A DNA stretch of 54,972 bases, the filler included, from Squatina squatina (Eukaryota): the NCBI GenBank assembly GCA_031763465.1. It is 3 parts of 3 records of this genome, joined end to end, with 100 filler letters (N's around TTAATTAATTAA, not from the genome) between each part and the next. Parts side by side here need not be neighbours in the genome. Positions count along the whole stretch, not along the records: positions 31,773 to 54,972 come from JARFOE010000036.1; 2 more parts are not named here. One strand, given 5' to 3'. Of the stretch, positions 35,399-47,700 are shown piece by piece. Under the pieces are notes generated by a model. The model was given only the letters and a program-made list of their open reading frames with translations. It did not search any database and was not told where the DNA came from. Positions within the stretch are counted from its first letter, which is position 1. Each line of letters begins with the position of its first letter. Both the position numbers and the translations under genes were made by a program.

Positions 35399-35497
35399 GT
35401 GAGGGACGAGTACCGGAAATGGTTTGCCAAGAGGTGCGGGGCAAAGAACACGCCGGCTTCACCGGAGGAAAAGGACATCACAATGGCAACCATTTCG
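35399..35497 (+). CDS. ADGRE-family adhesion GPCR, next exon (helix 8 and cytoplasmic tail)
   Basis: ttgtttcttgccttaAG|VRDEYRKWFAKRCGAKNTPASPEEKDITMATIS|GTaagt. VREEYRKW is the CD97/EMR signature, and phase 0 matches the previous exon. Confidence 0.88.
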
Positions 35498-35519
35498 GTA
35501 AGTGGGTCCCGGCTGATAT

Positions 35520-35820
35520 CACAGAATCTTCGAATCGTACAGCACAGAAGGAGGCCATTCAGCCCATCGTGCCTGAAAGAGCTCTCCAATTAGTTCCACT
35601 GCCCCCCTGCACTTTCCCCACAGCCCTGAAAATTTTTCCATTTCAAGGAATTAATCCAATTCCCATTTGAAAGTTACGATTGGATCTGCTTTCGGGCAGT
35701 GCCTTCCAGATCATAACAATTCGCTGCGTAAAAACAATTCCCCTCATCTCGCCTCTGGTTCTTTTGCCAATGACCTTAAATCTGTGCCCTCTGGTTACCG
35801 ACCCTCCTGCCAGTGAAAAC
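35520..35820 (-). mobile_element. CR1-type LINE 3' fragment
   Basis: GSVTRGHRFKVIGKRTRGEMRGIVFTQRIVMIWKALP on the minus strand. Confidence 0.85.
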
Positions 35821-37725
35821 ACCGAGGCGCCCAATTCGAGGTAAAACCTCTCGCGAAAAATCGGCGCAAAACTGGCGTAAAAGCACTTTAGGCGTGAAAA
35901 TGCAGGCGCAAAATTTAGCTCCCGTTAGTGCCACCACAAAATGGGCGCAAGGCCCATAAGGCTCGAGGCGCTGGCTTTAGTGTTATCGTGGCGCTGTGAC
36001 GTCATAAGTTCGCGCACCGCCCAAAATGGGCTCCCGGCCAAAATTGCACAGTGTCAGTGTGCACTAAATCCAGCGGTGATGACGCCGGCTTTTTTCAGCG
36101 GGGACACGGGCCTCACCTCAGAGAATGCAGCGCAAGCGACAGGAGTCAGATTGGGCTCCATTGTATTGTGATTCACTCTGAGCCTTTACTGGGTGGTGGT
36201 GGTGGCAGTGGCAGGTCCCCGCTGGAGCAGGAGCTGTGTGAGCCTGAGCACTGAGAGCCGAGCCCGGGCAGGGGATTGTATGCACTGAACAGGGACTGTG
36301 TNNNNNNNNNNNNNNNNNNNNNNNNNNNNNNNNNNNNNNNNNNNNNNNNNNNNNNNNNNNNNNNNNNNNNNNNNNNNNNNNNNNNNNNNNNNNNNNNNNN
36401 NGTTCTTATGGTACTTTTAGCTCGAGCCGGTAGTTAGAGTGACGAAACATGTAATTATGAAGTTTGCAACGTTGCTCCGAGGTCCTGAGCAGGGAAGAGC
36501 AGGTGATTGACTAGAGGCGGCCACAGCTCGGGTCCGTGCCGGGGTCATGTGACTGTGTCTCAGTAGAAGCTGCCCTTTAATCACCAAAACGCATCCCAGC
36601 CTCAATCTAATTAGCCTGCGGCAAATTGGCTGGACACTCGGTCAACCGCACAGTCTGTTTCTATATAGTTTCAACCGAGTGACGGTCATTACTTCATGCG
36701 TACGGCTGTGTGCTAACTTAATAAAGCTCTTTGTCCCAGAGTTAGCAGCTTCTTAACTGGCTTCCCAGGCCTGGAGCCGATTTTAAAGATTCCCCGGGGA
36801 CCGTTGGCCAGAAACAGCAATTTCTCTCAATTAAAGACACATTTGTTAGAAGAAATAAGATACATCTCCCTGTAATGACCTGACACAAGTCTATGGTTGC
36901 CACTAAGCCTTGTCTCTCTTAGTAATTGCTGAGGGATTTTTTCTTAATCCCTGAAAGCTTTCTTTTTGGCTCCATGAATAATGGCTGATCAATGCAATGT
37001 AAGAGCAGGATCTCCTCACACTTTGTAATAATCAGGAATGCAAATGATCGTTTGCGAGCCCCTTTACAGCAAAAAAAAAATCAATGTAATATCACTCTGA
37101 ATTGGTAAACAGCGATTCAGACAGAAAACGTTGGAAACACTCAGCAGGTCAGTCAGTGTCCACGGACAGAGAAACAGGGTCGATGTTTCAAGTCTAACGT
37201 CGGAACTGGGAGAATTTCGAGAGGTAACAGGGAAAGTAGGGGAGGGGAGGAAAGGACACAAGCAAAGATTCTGTGATAGTGTGATTAAATGGTGAGAGGT
37301 GCAAGGCAAAAGCGGGTGGTAATGGGACAAGTGAAATGACAAAAGATGGACCGAGAGGAGCTGCAAATGGTTACAGCAGAACCTTTACTGGCATCTGCTG
37401 GCTGACGCAATGGGAGCAGTGGTTATGACCTGAAGATGTTGAACTCGCTGTTGAACTGGAAGTTTGTAAAATGCCTCATCGAAAGGTAGGGTTTAATGGA
37501 CCCTGAGTGGCGATGCACTGTTTCGACCCGGAGTGACAGTGCACTGTATAGACTTGGAGTGGAGGTGAGTTGAATAGACCCGGAGTGGTGATGCGTTGTA
37601 TACACCCAGAGTGGTGGTGTGTTGTNNNNNNNNNNNNNNNNNNNNNNNNNNNNNNNNNNNNNNNNNNNNNNNNNNNNNNNNNNNNNNNNNNNNNNNNNNN
37701 NNNNNNNNNNNNNNNNNNNNNNNNN

Positions 37726-37862
37726 ACACCTCCCCCACACAACACACACCATAACTCCCCCCTCCAACAACACACACATGCATACAAACACACAACACAC
37801 AGTAACCCACACACTCATACAGTGACACACACACACACAAAGTAACCCACAGGCATACACAC
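37726..37862 (+). repeat. CA-rich low-complexity repeat
   Basis: Degenerate (CA)n. Confidence 0.85.
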
Positions 37863-38619
37863 TCAATATTCAAAGCCATTAAGCACAGCTACAAGAAAAC
37901 AGAAAAAATACAATTCACAATTGAGGTGAAATTGAGAAACAGCCTTGTGGGCTTAATTAAGAAAAAGACGGAGCTTTGATGCAGTGCTTGCTTTACCTAG
38001 AGTCTTACTGTAGCTGAGATGAAGCTTATAGTTAAAGTATGAATGTTGTAATTGAAAGAACTCCCATTCCCAGATTAGACATTACCATATTAAACTTCAG
38101 AAATAGGCACTATCTCCTTCTGTTAGTCTGTAATGCCCTGTGTTATTGCGAATGCATTGAATTACGTGAACCTTCTCCTCAGCTGCATAAACCTAGTGAG
38201 CTGTGCAGACCTCAAGTGGAGCCTAACTCTTTGAATTAATTCTGACATTATTTTTAGATGGGAATTAATAGGAGCTTATTAAGGCTGTAGCTGGGAGAGG
38301 TGCCAAATCCAGCGCAAATGGAGAGCAGGTTCTTCATTCAGATTGTACGCACGCTTCACTGTGTCTCAGCAATAAAGTATGAGGGCTTCAGTGTGTGCAT
38401 GCACTTGGCCTGGTAGGGAGAGACACTTACACTGAGCCATAGAGACCATCTGGTCCCACATGTGACTCTAGGTTTGTGTTAAGTTAGTGGTTGAGGCTCT
38501 ATCAGATTTCATCAGCGACCGTGGTGGGCGAGATAGAGCAAAAATGAGAGCCTGGTTGCTACCTGGCTGTTGGAAGCGCTCAAGTGTGGAGGTTGGGACT
38601 CAGCTGCGACGCCTTAGGT

Positions 38620-39060
38620 ATCTGCTGTAGCTCAGTACGTGGGCGGCGCTCTCGCTTTTGAGTTGCGGGTTCAAGCCCCACCCCAGAAACTTGAGCACAA
38701 AATTGAGGCCGACACTCCAGTGCAGCGCCGAGGGAGTGCTGCACTGCCAGAGGTGACGTCTTTCAGATCAGACGTTAAACCGAGGCCCCATCTGCTCTCG
38801 CTGGTGGGTGTAAAAGATCCCATGGCAGCATTTCAAATAAGAGCAGGAGAGTTATTTATCTCTCAACCAACCTCATTAAAACAGATCTCCGAGTCATTAT
38901 CATGCTGCTGTTTGTGGGAGCTTGCTGTGCACAAATTGGTTGCCGCAGTTCCGACATAACAACAGTGGTTACACTTCAGAGCTACTTCTCTGGCTTTAAA
39001 GGGCTTTGGAACAAATTGAGGCTGTGAAAAGAGTGATATAAGTGTCCTTCCTTCCTTCCT
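38620..39060 (+). mobile_element. Near full-length DeuSINE/SacSINE1-like tRNA-SINE
   Basis: gctgtagctcag...gggttcaagccc (A/B boxes), gagggagtgctgcactg core, tgctgtttgtgggagcttgctgtgcacaaattgg Deu-like domain. Confidence 0.8.
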
Positions 39061-39560
39061 TTCTCTAGGCTCATTGGGAGGAATGGAGACTTGGGTGGTG
39101 AACAAGATGGTGGCACCATCAGTGGGGAAGTCTGGGAAGGATGAGCAGGAAAGAACGATTCGGCTTCTGATGACAGAGATGGAGGAAAATTTAGAGGGTG
39201 GCTGGACACAAGTGGCGGCGTGTAAGTCACTGACATCTTGGCTCAAGCCCTGCGTCAGGNNNNNNNNNNNNNNNNNNNNNNNNNNNNNNNNNNNNNNNNN
39301 NNNNNNNNNNNNNNNNNNNNNNNNNNNNNNNNNNNNNNNNNNNNNNNNNNNNNNNNNNNGGAATTCCCTCCCTAAACCTTTCCTCCTGTATCTTTGTCTG
39401 CTCCTTTAAGACTCTCATTAAAACCGACCTATTTGACCAAGCTTCTGGCCACCTGCCCTAATACCTCCTTAGGCGGCTCGGTGTTGAATTTTATTCGATA
39501 ATCGCTCCTGTGAAGCGCCCTGGGACATTTTACTATGTTAAAGACACTATATTAATGCAG
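39060..39560. mobile_element. L2-type LINE fragments
   Basis: Minus-strand PDFPTDGATILFTTQV resembles the L2 RT C-terminus. 39361-39556 is an L2-like 3' tail (ctcctttaagactc...tgtgaagcgccctgggac). Confidence 0.55.
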
Positions 39561-39996
39561 GGTGAAATCATGATCTCTGTGACCGTGTGGTACACGTGAC
39601 GCTAGCATTTTGCTGGATTCAAATTCAGATTGGCAGCATCCCACAGGCAAGATATGAAATCCTGTCCCTTTCAATCCCTTTGAACAGACGTACTTCTCAA
39701 GGAGATCGAGGTCCTTCTGGCTCCTGTTTCCCATCTGCCAACTGCAGATGATTCAATTTCACCTTCCATTCAAATATCATCAGCAGAATTTAATCTCGAT
39801 TGAATGCGCCACGTGATTGGCACATCAATGGCTATCATGAGGATTGACTAAGAAACAGAAGATAACGAATAGAGCAGCCTGGCCAAAACCAGCTCTNNNN
39901 NNNNNNNNNNNNNNNNNNNNNNNNNNNNNNNNNNNNNNNNNNNNNNNNNNNNNNNNNNNNNNNNNNNNNNNNNNNNNNNNNNNNNNNNNNNNNNNN

Positions 39997-40095
39997 AGCT
40001 TTACTCTGTATCTTACCCATGCTGTACCTGCCCTGGGAGTTTTTGATGGGACAGTGTAGAGGGAGCTTTACTCTGTATCTAACCCATGCTGTATG
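39997..40095 (+). repeat. ~67-bp dispersed minisatellite (partial copy on minus strand at ~23290-23340)
   Basis: agctttactctgtatct(t/a)acccatgctgta repeated in tandem. Confidence 0.8.
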
Positions 40096-41619
40096 TAACT
40101 CAGGACTGCTCGACATTGGTACTGGGTGCCTTAACTCGAAACTGCCCCATTCCCCAGAATTAACATCTCTCTCCTTGATTAGGAGGAACATCTATTTAAA
40201 CGTAAATCCTCCTCAGGAAATTCATTTGCTTGCCATGAACCAGTCCTTGAACAGTTAATAGCATCTTTCCTGGCCTTTGGTTCATCAGCGACATTAATGT
40301 CATATTGCGTTACACATTACACGGAACGGATGTTAATTCTTAAGTAATGATTTTATCTTTCTGGAACACTCTTGCGTTAATGATGCTGAACCGCAGCTTT
40401 AACTCAGAATTAATTTGGGAAACTGACCTGCAAGAAAGTGTAATTTCACTTTTCTAACCACCCATCAGGCTAATGAGAGAGGCCCTGTCAGATCAGCCTA
40501 GTGTGAGCAGCAAAAAGCCGAGAATTTCATCGACATGCGGAAAGGTCACAAGCTGACTGTACAGTTCGGGATGGACTAGCGCGTCGCAGTACAACTCTAT
40601 CCTTTTAAGCTCATGACAGACCCAACTCATGCCCAGACAGATAACAAGCAGGAACTCAGGGAACCAGGCTAAGTGCGGCGAGTTTGAGCCCTGCAAACTT
40701 TTTTGCCATGGTTTCTCAGTTCCTCGCTGGCTGCTAGCAGAATACAGCTGACAGTTGAGTTTTGGCCACTGTGGCTCAGGCAAGCTTACGGTCCGGTCAC
40801 AGGGATGCAGGGCTATGGGGACAGAGTTGGGGACGTGGGACNNNNNNNNNNNNNNNNNNNNNNNNNNNNNNNNNNNNNNNNNNNNNNNNNNNNNNNNNNN
40901 NNNNNNNNNNNNNNNNNNNNNNNNNNNNNNNNNNNNNNNNNACATTTGAGCAGTTTTAAGGTTAGTGTCGGGATGCTGGGGACACTTCCTCAAAAACCGG
41001 GACTGTCCTGGTAAAAACCTAGGGGTGTGTCTGGTAACCCTACTTAAAGGGCAAGTACCTAAGGCCGAGGCCCAGGCTGGAAGACTGGCAGAAAATTCTG
41101 GCTACTAAAAGTACATAACAGTGCGAGGGTTACAATTTTCTTTGGTCCTTTCCAGTGTCAAAGCCTCTGAGGAACCTGAATGCTACCAGAGGCCTACTAT
41201 TCTCAGTTACAGCCTAACCACAGCACGTGGGTCCCTGAACCATTGACCACATAACCTATAAATTCTTTATGCGTGTTTCTTTAATTCAACCGTCTTGCTG
41301 TGAACTTCGCAAAACCCAGTGTTCTCAGCCTATGTGCCTAAATTCACAATTCTGAGTTAATATTTAACAGTTTCTAAATTATTCATAATCTGTCCACAGG
41401 TTTGACAGACTGGGGAAGGGTAGCTCATATTTTCCAGGCTGTGCTTGAAGAGAGTTTAATTTGTTTGGGCTGTAGAGATGGAGCATCGCNNNNNNNNNNN
41501 NNNNNNNNNNNNNNNNNNNNNNNNNNNNNNNNNNNNNNNNNNNNNNNNNNNNNNNNNNNNNNNNNNNNNNNNNNNNNNNNNNNNNNNNNAAATAATCTGT
41601 TTTAGTGCTAATTATTGGC

Positions 41620-42310
41620 TCTGCTCGTCTTCTAACAGTGCAACAGGATCTTTTACATCCACCTGGTGGGGGGGTCAGAATGGGCCTTGGTTTAACATCT
41701 CATCTGAAAGACAGCACCTCCGACAGTGCAGCGTTCCCTCAGTACTGCACAGGGAGTATCAGGCTAGGTGTTTGTGCTCAAGTCTCCGGGAGTGGGAATT
41801 GAACCCACAACCTTCCGACTCTGAGGCAAGGGTGCTACCCACTGAGCCACGGCCAACACCTTCTTTCAAGTAGTGCCACACAGATTTTGCGATCAATTGC
41901 AACACCTCAGCTAACACATGCCACCGCATCATGTTTACATGAATGCTTCATTAGCACAGGTTGTCCAGCAGCACCAGTACCAAGATCCATTAAGTCAGGG
42001 ACATTGCAACTGTTATTTGATCTGGAAAATTAGGGAAGGTTCCAGGACTACAATGTAGGAAATCACTAAGGAGAGCAAACAGCACTGGACAACTTTCACC
42101 TCCAATGATTATCCCTCAACCAACATCACTGAAACCAATTATCTGGTTATTTATCAAATTGCTGTTTATGTGATCTTGCTGTGCCCAAATTGGCTGCTGC
42201 GTTTCCCACATTGCTACAGTGATGCGCTTCAAAAAGTACTTCATAGGCTTTAGATAACTTTGGAACATCCTGACGTTGTAAAAGTCGCTACTTAAATGCG
42301 AGTCTTTCTT
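41620..42310. mobile_element. DeuSINE-like fragments (minus 41620-41860, plus 42110-42310)
   Basis: Same core motifs as the other SINE copies. Confidence 0.75.
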
Positions 42311-44793
42311 TCTCTCTTTCTTTCTTTCCTTCTATCTTTCCTTCTCAATCTTTCTTTTTCTTTCCTTCTTTCGCTTTATCCTTCTCTATCTTTCTTTTTC
42401 ACCCTCTCCTATGTCTCTTTCAGGAGCTAGGTGAATGGAAGGGAATTAAATGGGCTGATCTTCACAACATTACAATGACGGCTGGCTGGAGAAGGCACTG
42501 AGGACTTGGAGCAGACAGGTGAAACCGCGTGTAAAATTAAGATTTATAGCTTTATCTTAAAGATAATCGAAACTTTGGTTGAGGGAACACTCCCTGGGTA
42601 TTATGCTGACAGACCATGTGTAAAGGCAAAGGTAATTCTGTGAGTTCTGTGCAGTTCATTCTCAGCTTCTTGAAGACAGGTTTAAAATTTTAGTGTTACA
42701 GGTATATCAAGTCAATCCCCATTAAGGGAGCTTACAGTAATGAACTAATAATGAAAGCTCCAAGAATATTGGGATCAAATACTCTGCTTTACTGCAGAAT
42801 ATGTGGAGCTTGTCTGTTTCAATAGCCAGCTTTATTTTGAGTCTCAGGATGTGGGTGTTGATGGAGAGGTCAGTATTTATTGCCCATCCCAAGTTGTACT
42901 GAGAAGGTGGTGTTGAGCCGCCTTCTTGAACTGCTGTAGTCCATGCAGTTCTCTGATAAGTTTTTTCATAAATTCCATCTAATCTCCCTTTTTACTACTT
43001 ATTCTGTGTCCCTTGATATATGAACCCTATACCACAGTGAACTATTTGCCTGGATGTGTTAATCTCCTTCATAGTCTGAAAACTACTCTCAGGCTGATTG
43101 AAAGCCTCTTTTCCAAAGAAAGCAAGCTCAATTTACTGAACTTTTGTTCTTAATTTATTTTCTTATACGCACTGTTTAATGATTCCATCCATTTCTCTGA
43201 CCCTTCTTTTAAATATTAAACATTGGAAATGGTTATGAAATTGTTTTTGTGCAGGTTACACGATAAAAAATTAAATGCATTCATATTTTAAATGCTGTAC
43301 TGTGTACTCTCAACTGTACTATATGCCCTTGGCTTTAGAAGAACGGCATCATCAGAGAGTAAATAGATTTACTTGCAACTGGGATCAAAGTCATTTTCAC
43401 CTTTGTGTTGTATAGAAATTAAATCATACAAACATTGAAGGCCACTATAAAAGAAACATTCACAATGTGCGATATGTTGAATATGAATTTTCCTCTATGG
43501 AAATAAATGATGATTTCACTGTGTACAGGATCAATATTTCACATGGGTGAGAATTGGAGATGACAACCAACATTGTGAGCCATGCTGTTTTTGCAACAAC
43601 CCATGCTGTTTTGCAACAGCACATGCTATTCAAGATTGCACTTGATAATGTGTTTCGAGTAGAAGGCCTGGGGTGGTGCAATACTTTGGGCTACCATTGC
43701 CGAACCACACAGGATATACACTAAAATCAGTGGTTCTCCGTGCGGTCTATATAAACAGTTTTTTCACAGGGCAGTAATGGAACAATTTCTCCCACAGTAA
43801 GCAAGGGACTTTCATTGGGTCATTTTGTCTGCTCTTGCTTACTTCCTTGCAGCTAGTTACGAAGTGGCATTCGTGGTGACTTATCTCTCGATATTACAAA
43901 TAGGATAGTTTACATTTTTTGCAAGAGCTGTAGATGGTAGCAAGAATTAAATGTTGTGTTTGCATGCTGTGAGCAGTGATAGGGAGCCAATATCACAAAA
44001 TCAATTAGATATGATTTTTGGTTACAGCACTCTTATATTACAAGTCTTGGCTGCCGCTACGTTATAATGAGGCTTTATTGTAGATACATAATTTATCAAA
44101 AACTCTTACTTTACCCAGTGCAGTACCCAAGTCCCTATCTGCTAACTAACTTCCCACTTTAAAGTACTCTGCTGTCAGAACTTCACAGCAGCTCACTCTC
44201 TAATGATGCTGAAAACCATTAGCAAAAGTAGCAGGCACGAAACAGGAGGTAGAGAGGAGCAGCTATTTACTTTAAGACCGATTTCACATTTCATTTCAAA
44301 AGCTTCAAGAATCAATATGAGCATTGCCTATATTTCAGAAAATAGCTGTGCAGAGGTTTGTTATTTTACGGCAAAAAAGCTCCCCAATTGATATAGAAAA
44401 TTCCAGGATCTCAACTTCATCTGAACACAGTTTTCATCTGAACAGGATTTATATTCAGCATGCACCGCATCAGTCTCTGTCACATGAGAACTCAATAGGA
44501 AATGTGTGAATGACAATCATGAGGCAATTACAGCATGAACAAATTAAAAGGGAGATCTTATTTTTCCAATGTTTTACTCAGTTTAAGCCATTAAATAGAA
44601 ATCCAGAAATGGTCTTGTTTGAGATTAAATTTCTGTTGTATTGCAGAGAAGGGCTGATGTTTGTGTCTGGGCCACTTGAAGTGCTTTGATGCTGNNNNNN
44701 NNNNNNNNNNNNNNNNNNNNNNNNNNNNNNNNNNNNNNNNNNNNNNNNNNNNNNNNNNNNNNNNNNNNNNNNNNNNNNNNNNNNNNNNNNNNN

Positions 44794-47700
44794 NGTGAGT
44801 GGTCAGTTTGGACAGTAACTTGTCAGTGTGGTCTCAGTGTGGACAGTGAGCGGTCAGTTTGGTTAGTTTGGACATTGACAAGTCAGTGTGGTCTCATTGT
44901 GGACAGTGAGCAGTCAGTGTGATCTCAGTGTGGACAGAGTGCGGTCAGTGTGGTCAGTTTGGACAGTGAGTGGTCAGTGTGGACAGTGAGCGGTCAGTGT
45001 GGTCTCAGTGTGGATAATGAGTGGTCAGTGTGGACAGTGAGTGGTCAGTATGGTATCAGTTTGGACAGTGAGCGGTCAGTGTGATCTCCATTTGGAAAGT
45101 GAGCGGCCAGTGTGGTCACAGTGTGGACAGTGAGCAGTCAGTGTGGTCAGTGTGGACAGTGAGCGGTCAGTGTTGAACAGTTTGGAATGTGAGAGGTCAG
45201 TGTGGACAGCTTGGACAGTGAGAGTTCAATATGGTCAGTTTGGACAGTGACCAGTCAGTGTGGTCTCAGTTTGGACAGTGCAAGGTCAGTGTGGTCAGTG
45301 AGCGGACAGTGTGATCTCAGTGTGGACAATAAGTGGTCAGTGTGGACAGTGAGTGGTCAGTATGGTATCCGTTTGGACAGTGAGCGGTCAGTGTGATCTC
45401 CGTTGGCACAGTGAGCGGCCAGTGTGGTCACAGTGTGGACAGTGAGCACTCCGTGTGGTCAGTGTGGACCGTGAGCGGTCAGTGTTGAACAGTTTGGAAA
45501 GTGAGAGGTCAGTGTGGTCTCAGTTTGGACAGTGTGGTCAGTGTGGAGAGTGAGCGGTCAGTGTGGCCTCGGTGTGGATAGTGATTAGTCATTGTGGGCA
45601 GCATGGTAAGTGTCATCTCAGTTTGGACATTAAGTGGTCAGTGTGGTCTGTTTGGTCAATGAGCAGTCAGTGTGGTCTAAGTGTGGACCGTGTAGTCAGT
45701 CTGGACTGGGTGTGGAATTTGAGTGATCAATGAGTGTTCATTGTAGACACTGAGTGGTCAGTGTGTTCTCAGTGTGGAAAGTGAATGATCAGTGTAGTCA
45801 GTGTGGACAGTGAGAGGTCAGTGTGGTCTCAGTGTGAACAGTGTAGTCAGTCTGGATAGGGAGTGGACTATGAGTGGTCAGTGTGGTCAGTGAGTGATAT
45901 GCGTGGACAGTGAGAGGTCAGTGTGGTCTCAGTGTAATCAGTCTGGATAGGGAGTGGACTATGAGTGGTCAGTGAGTGATATGTGTGGACTGTGAGAGGT
46001 CAGTGTGGTCAGTGAGTGGTCAGTGTGGTCAGTGTGGATAGTGAGTGGTCAGTCTGGACAGTGAGTTGTCAGTGTGGTCTGTGTGGACAGTGAGTTGTCA
46101 CCGTGGTCTCAGTGTGCCCAGTGTGGTCAGTAAGCAGTCAGTCTTGTCTCAGTGTGGGTAGTGAATAGTCAATTTGGTCAGTTTAGAAAGCGAGCGGTCA
46201 GTTTTGGTCTCAGTGTGGACAGTTTAGTCAGTCTGGACTGGGAGTGGACTGTGAGTGGTCAGTGAGTATTCAATGTGGACACTGAGGGGTCAGAGTGGCC
46301 AGTGTGGACAAAGAGTAGTCAGTGTGGTCATTGTGGTCAGTTAGCATTTAGTGTGGTCAGTGTTGCCAGTGTGTAGTCAGTGTGGTCAGTGTTGCCAGTG
46401 TGTACAGTGAGCAGTCAGTGTGGTCAGTGTTGCCAGTGTGTACAGTGAGCAGTCAGTGTGGTCAGTGTGTAGAGTGAGCAGTAGGTTTGGTTTCAGTGTG
46501 GACATTGAGCGGTCAGTGTGGTCAGCTTGGACAGTGAGAGATCAGTGTGGTAAGTGTGCAGAGTTAAGTCAGTCTGGACAGTGAGTGGACTACGAGTGAT
46601 CAGTGACTGTTCAGTGTAGACACTGAGTGATCAGTGTGGCCTTTGTGTGGACAGTGAGTTGTCAGTGGGTTCAGAGTGTACAGAGAGTGGTCTGTATGGT
46701 CAGTGTGTTCAGTGAGTGGTCAGTGTGGACAGTGAGCGGTGAGTGTGGTCTCAGTATGGTCAGTGTGGCCAATGAGCAGTCAGTGTAGACAGTTTGGCAG
46801 TGAGCACCAGTGTGGTCTAAGTGTGGACAGTGTAGTCATTCTGGATAGGGAGTGGACTATGAGTGGTCAGTGTGATCAGTGTGTTCTCAGTGTGGACAGT
46901 CAGTGTTCAGTGTGGTCAGTTGGAAATTGAGCAGTCAGTGTGTTCTCATTGTGGACAGTGAGCGGTCAATGTGGTCAGATTGGTTGGTGTGGTCAGTGAG
47001 TGGCCAGTGTGGTCAGTAAGCAGTCAGTCTGGCTTAAGTGTGGGGAGTGAGTGAACAATTTGGTCAGTGTAGTAAGCAAGTGGTCAGTATGGACTCAGTG
47101 TGGACAGTGAATGGTAAGTGTGTTCAGTTTGGACATTGAGCGGTCAGTGTGCCTCATTGTGGACAGTGAGCGGTCAGTGTGGTCTCATTTTGGTCAGTGT
47201 GGACAGTGAGTGGTCAGTGTGGACAGTTTGGACATTTAGCGGTCAGCATGATCATTGTGGACAGTGATCAGTCATTGTGGTCTCAGTGTGGACAGTGAGT
47301 GGTCAGTGTGGACAGTTTGGCAGTGAGCACCAGTGTGGTCTAAGTGTGCACAGTGTAGTCATTCTGGATAGGGAGTGGACTTAGTGTGGACAGTGAGTGG
47401 TCAGTGTGGTCAGTTTGGACAATGACCAGTCAGTGTGGTCTCAGTGAGGACAGTATAGTCAGTGTGGACAGTTTGGACATTGAGCGGTCAGTTCGTAGGT
47501 TTGGACATTGAGCGGACAGTGTGGTCTCAGTGTGGTGAGTTTGGACAGTGAGCAGTCAGTGTGTTCTCAGCGGGGACGGTGAGTGGTCAGTTTGGACATT
47601 GAGCTGTCAGTGTGGTCAGTTTGGATATTGAGTGGTCAGTGTGTTCTCAGTGTGGACAGTGAGCCGTCAGTGTGGTCATTTTGGAGGTTGACTGGTCAGT

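Noticed and set aside
39074-39259. Exon-like stretch after a pyrimidine tract (GGMETWVVNKMVAPS...)
   Set aside because: The pyrimidine tract is a SINE tail, and the opposite strand resembles a decayed L2 RT.
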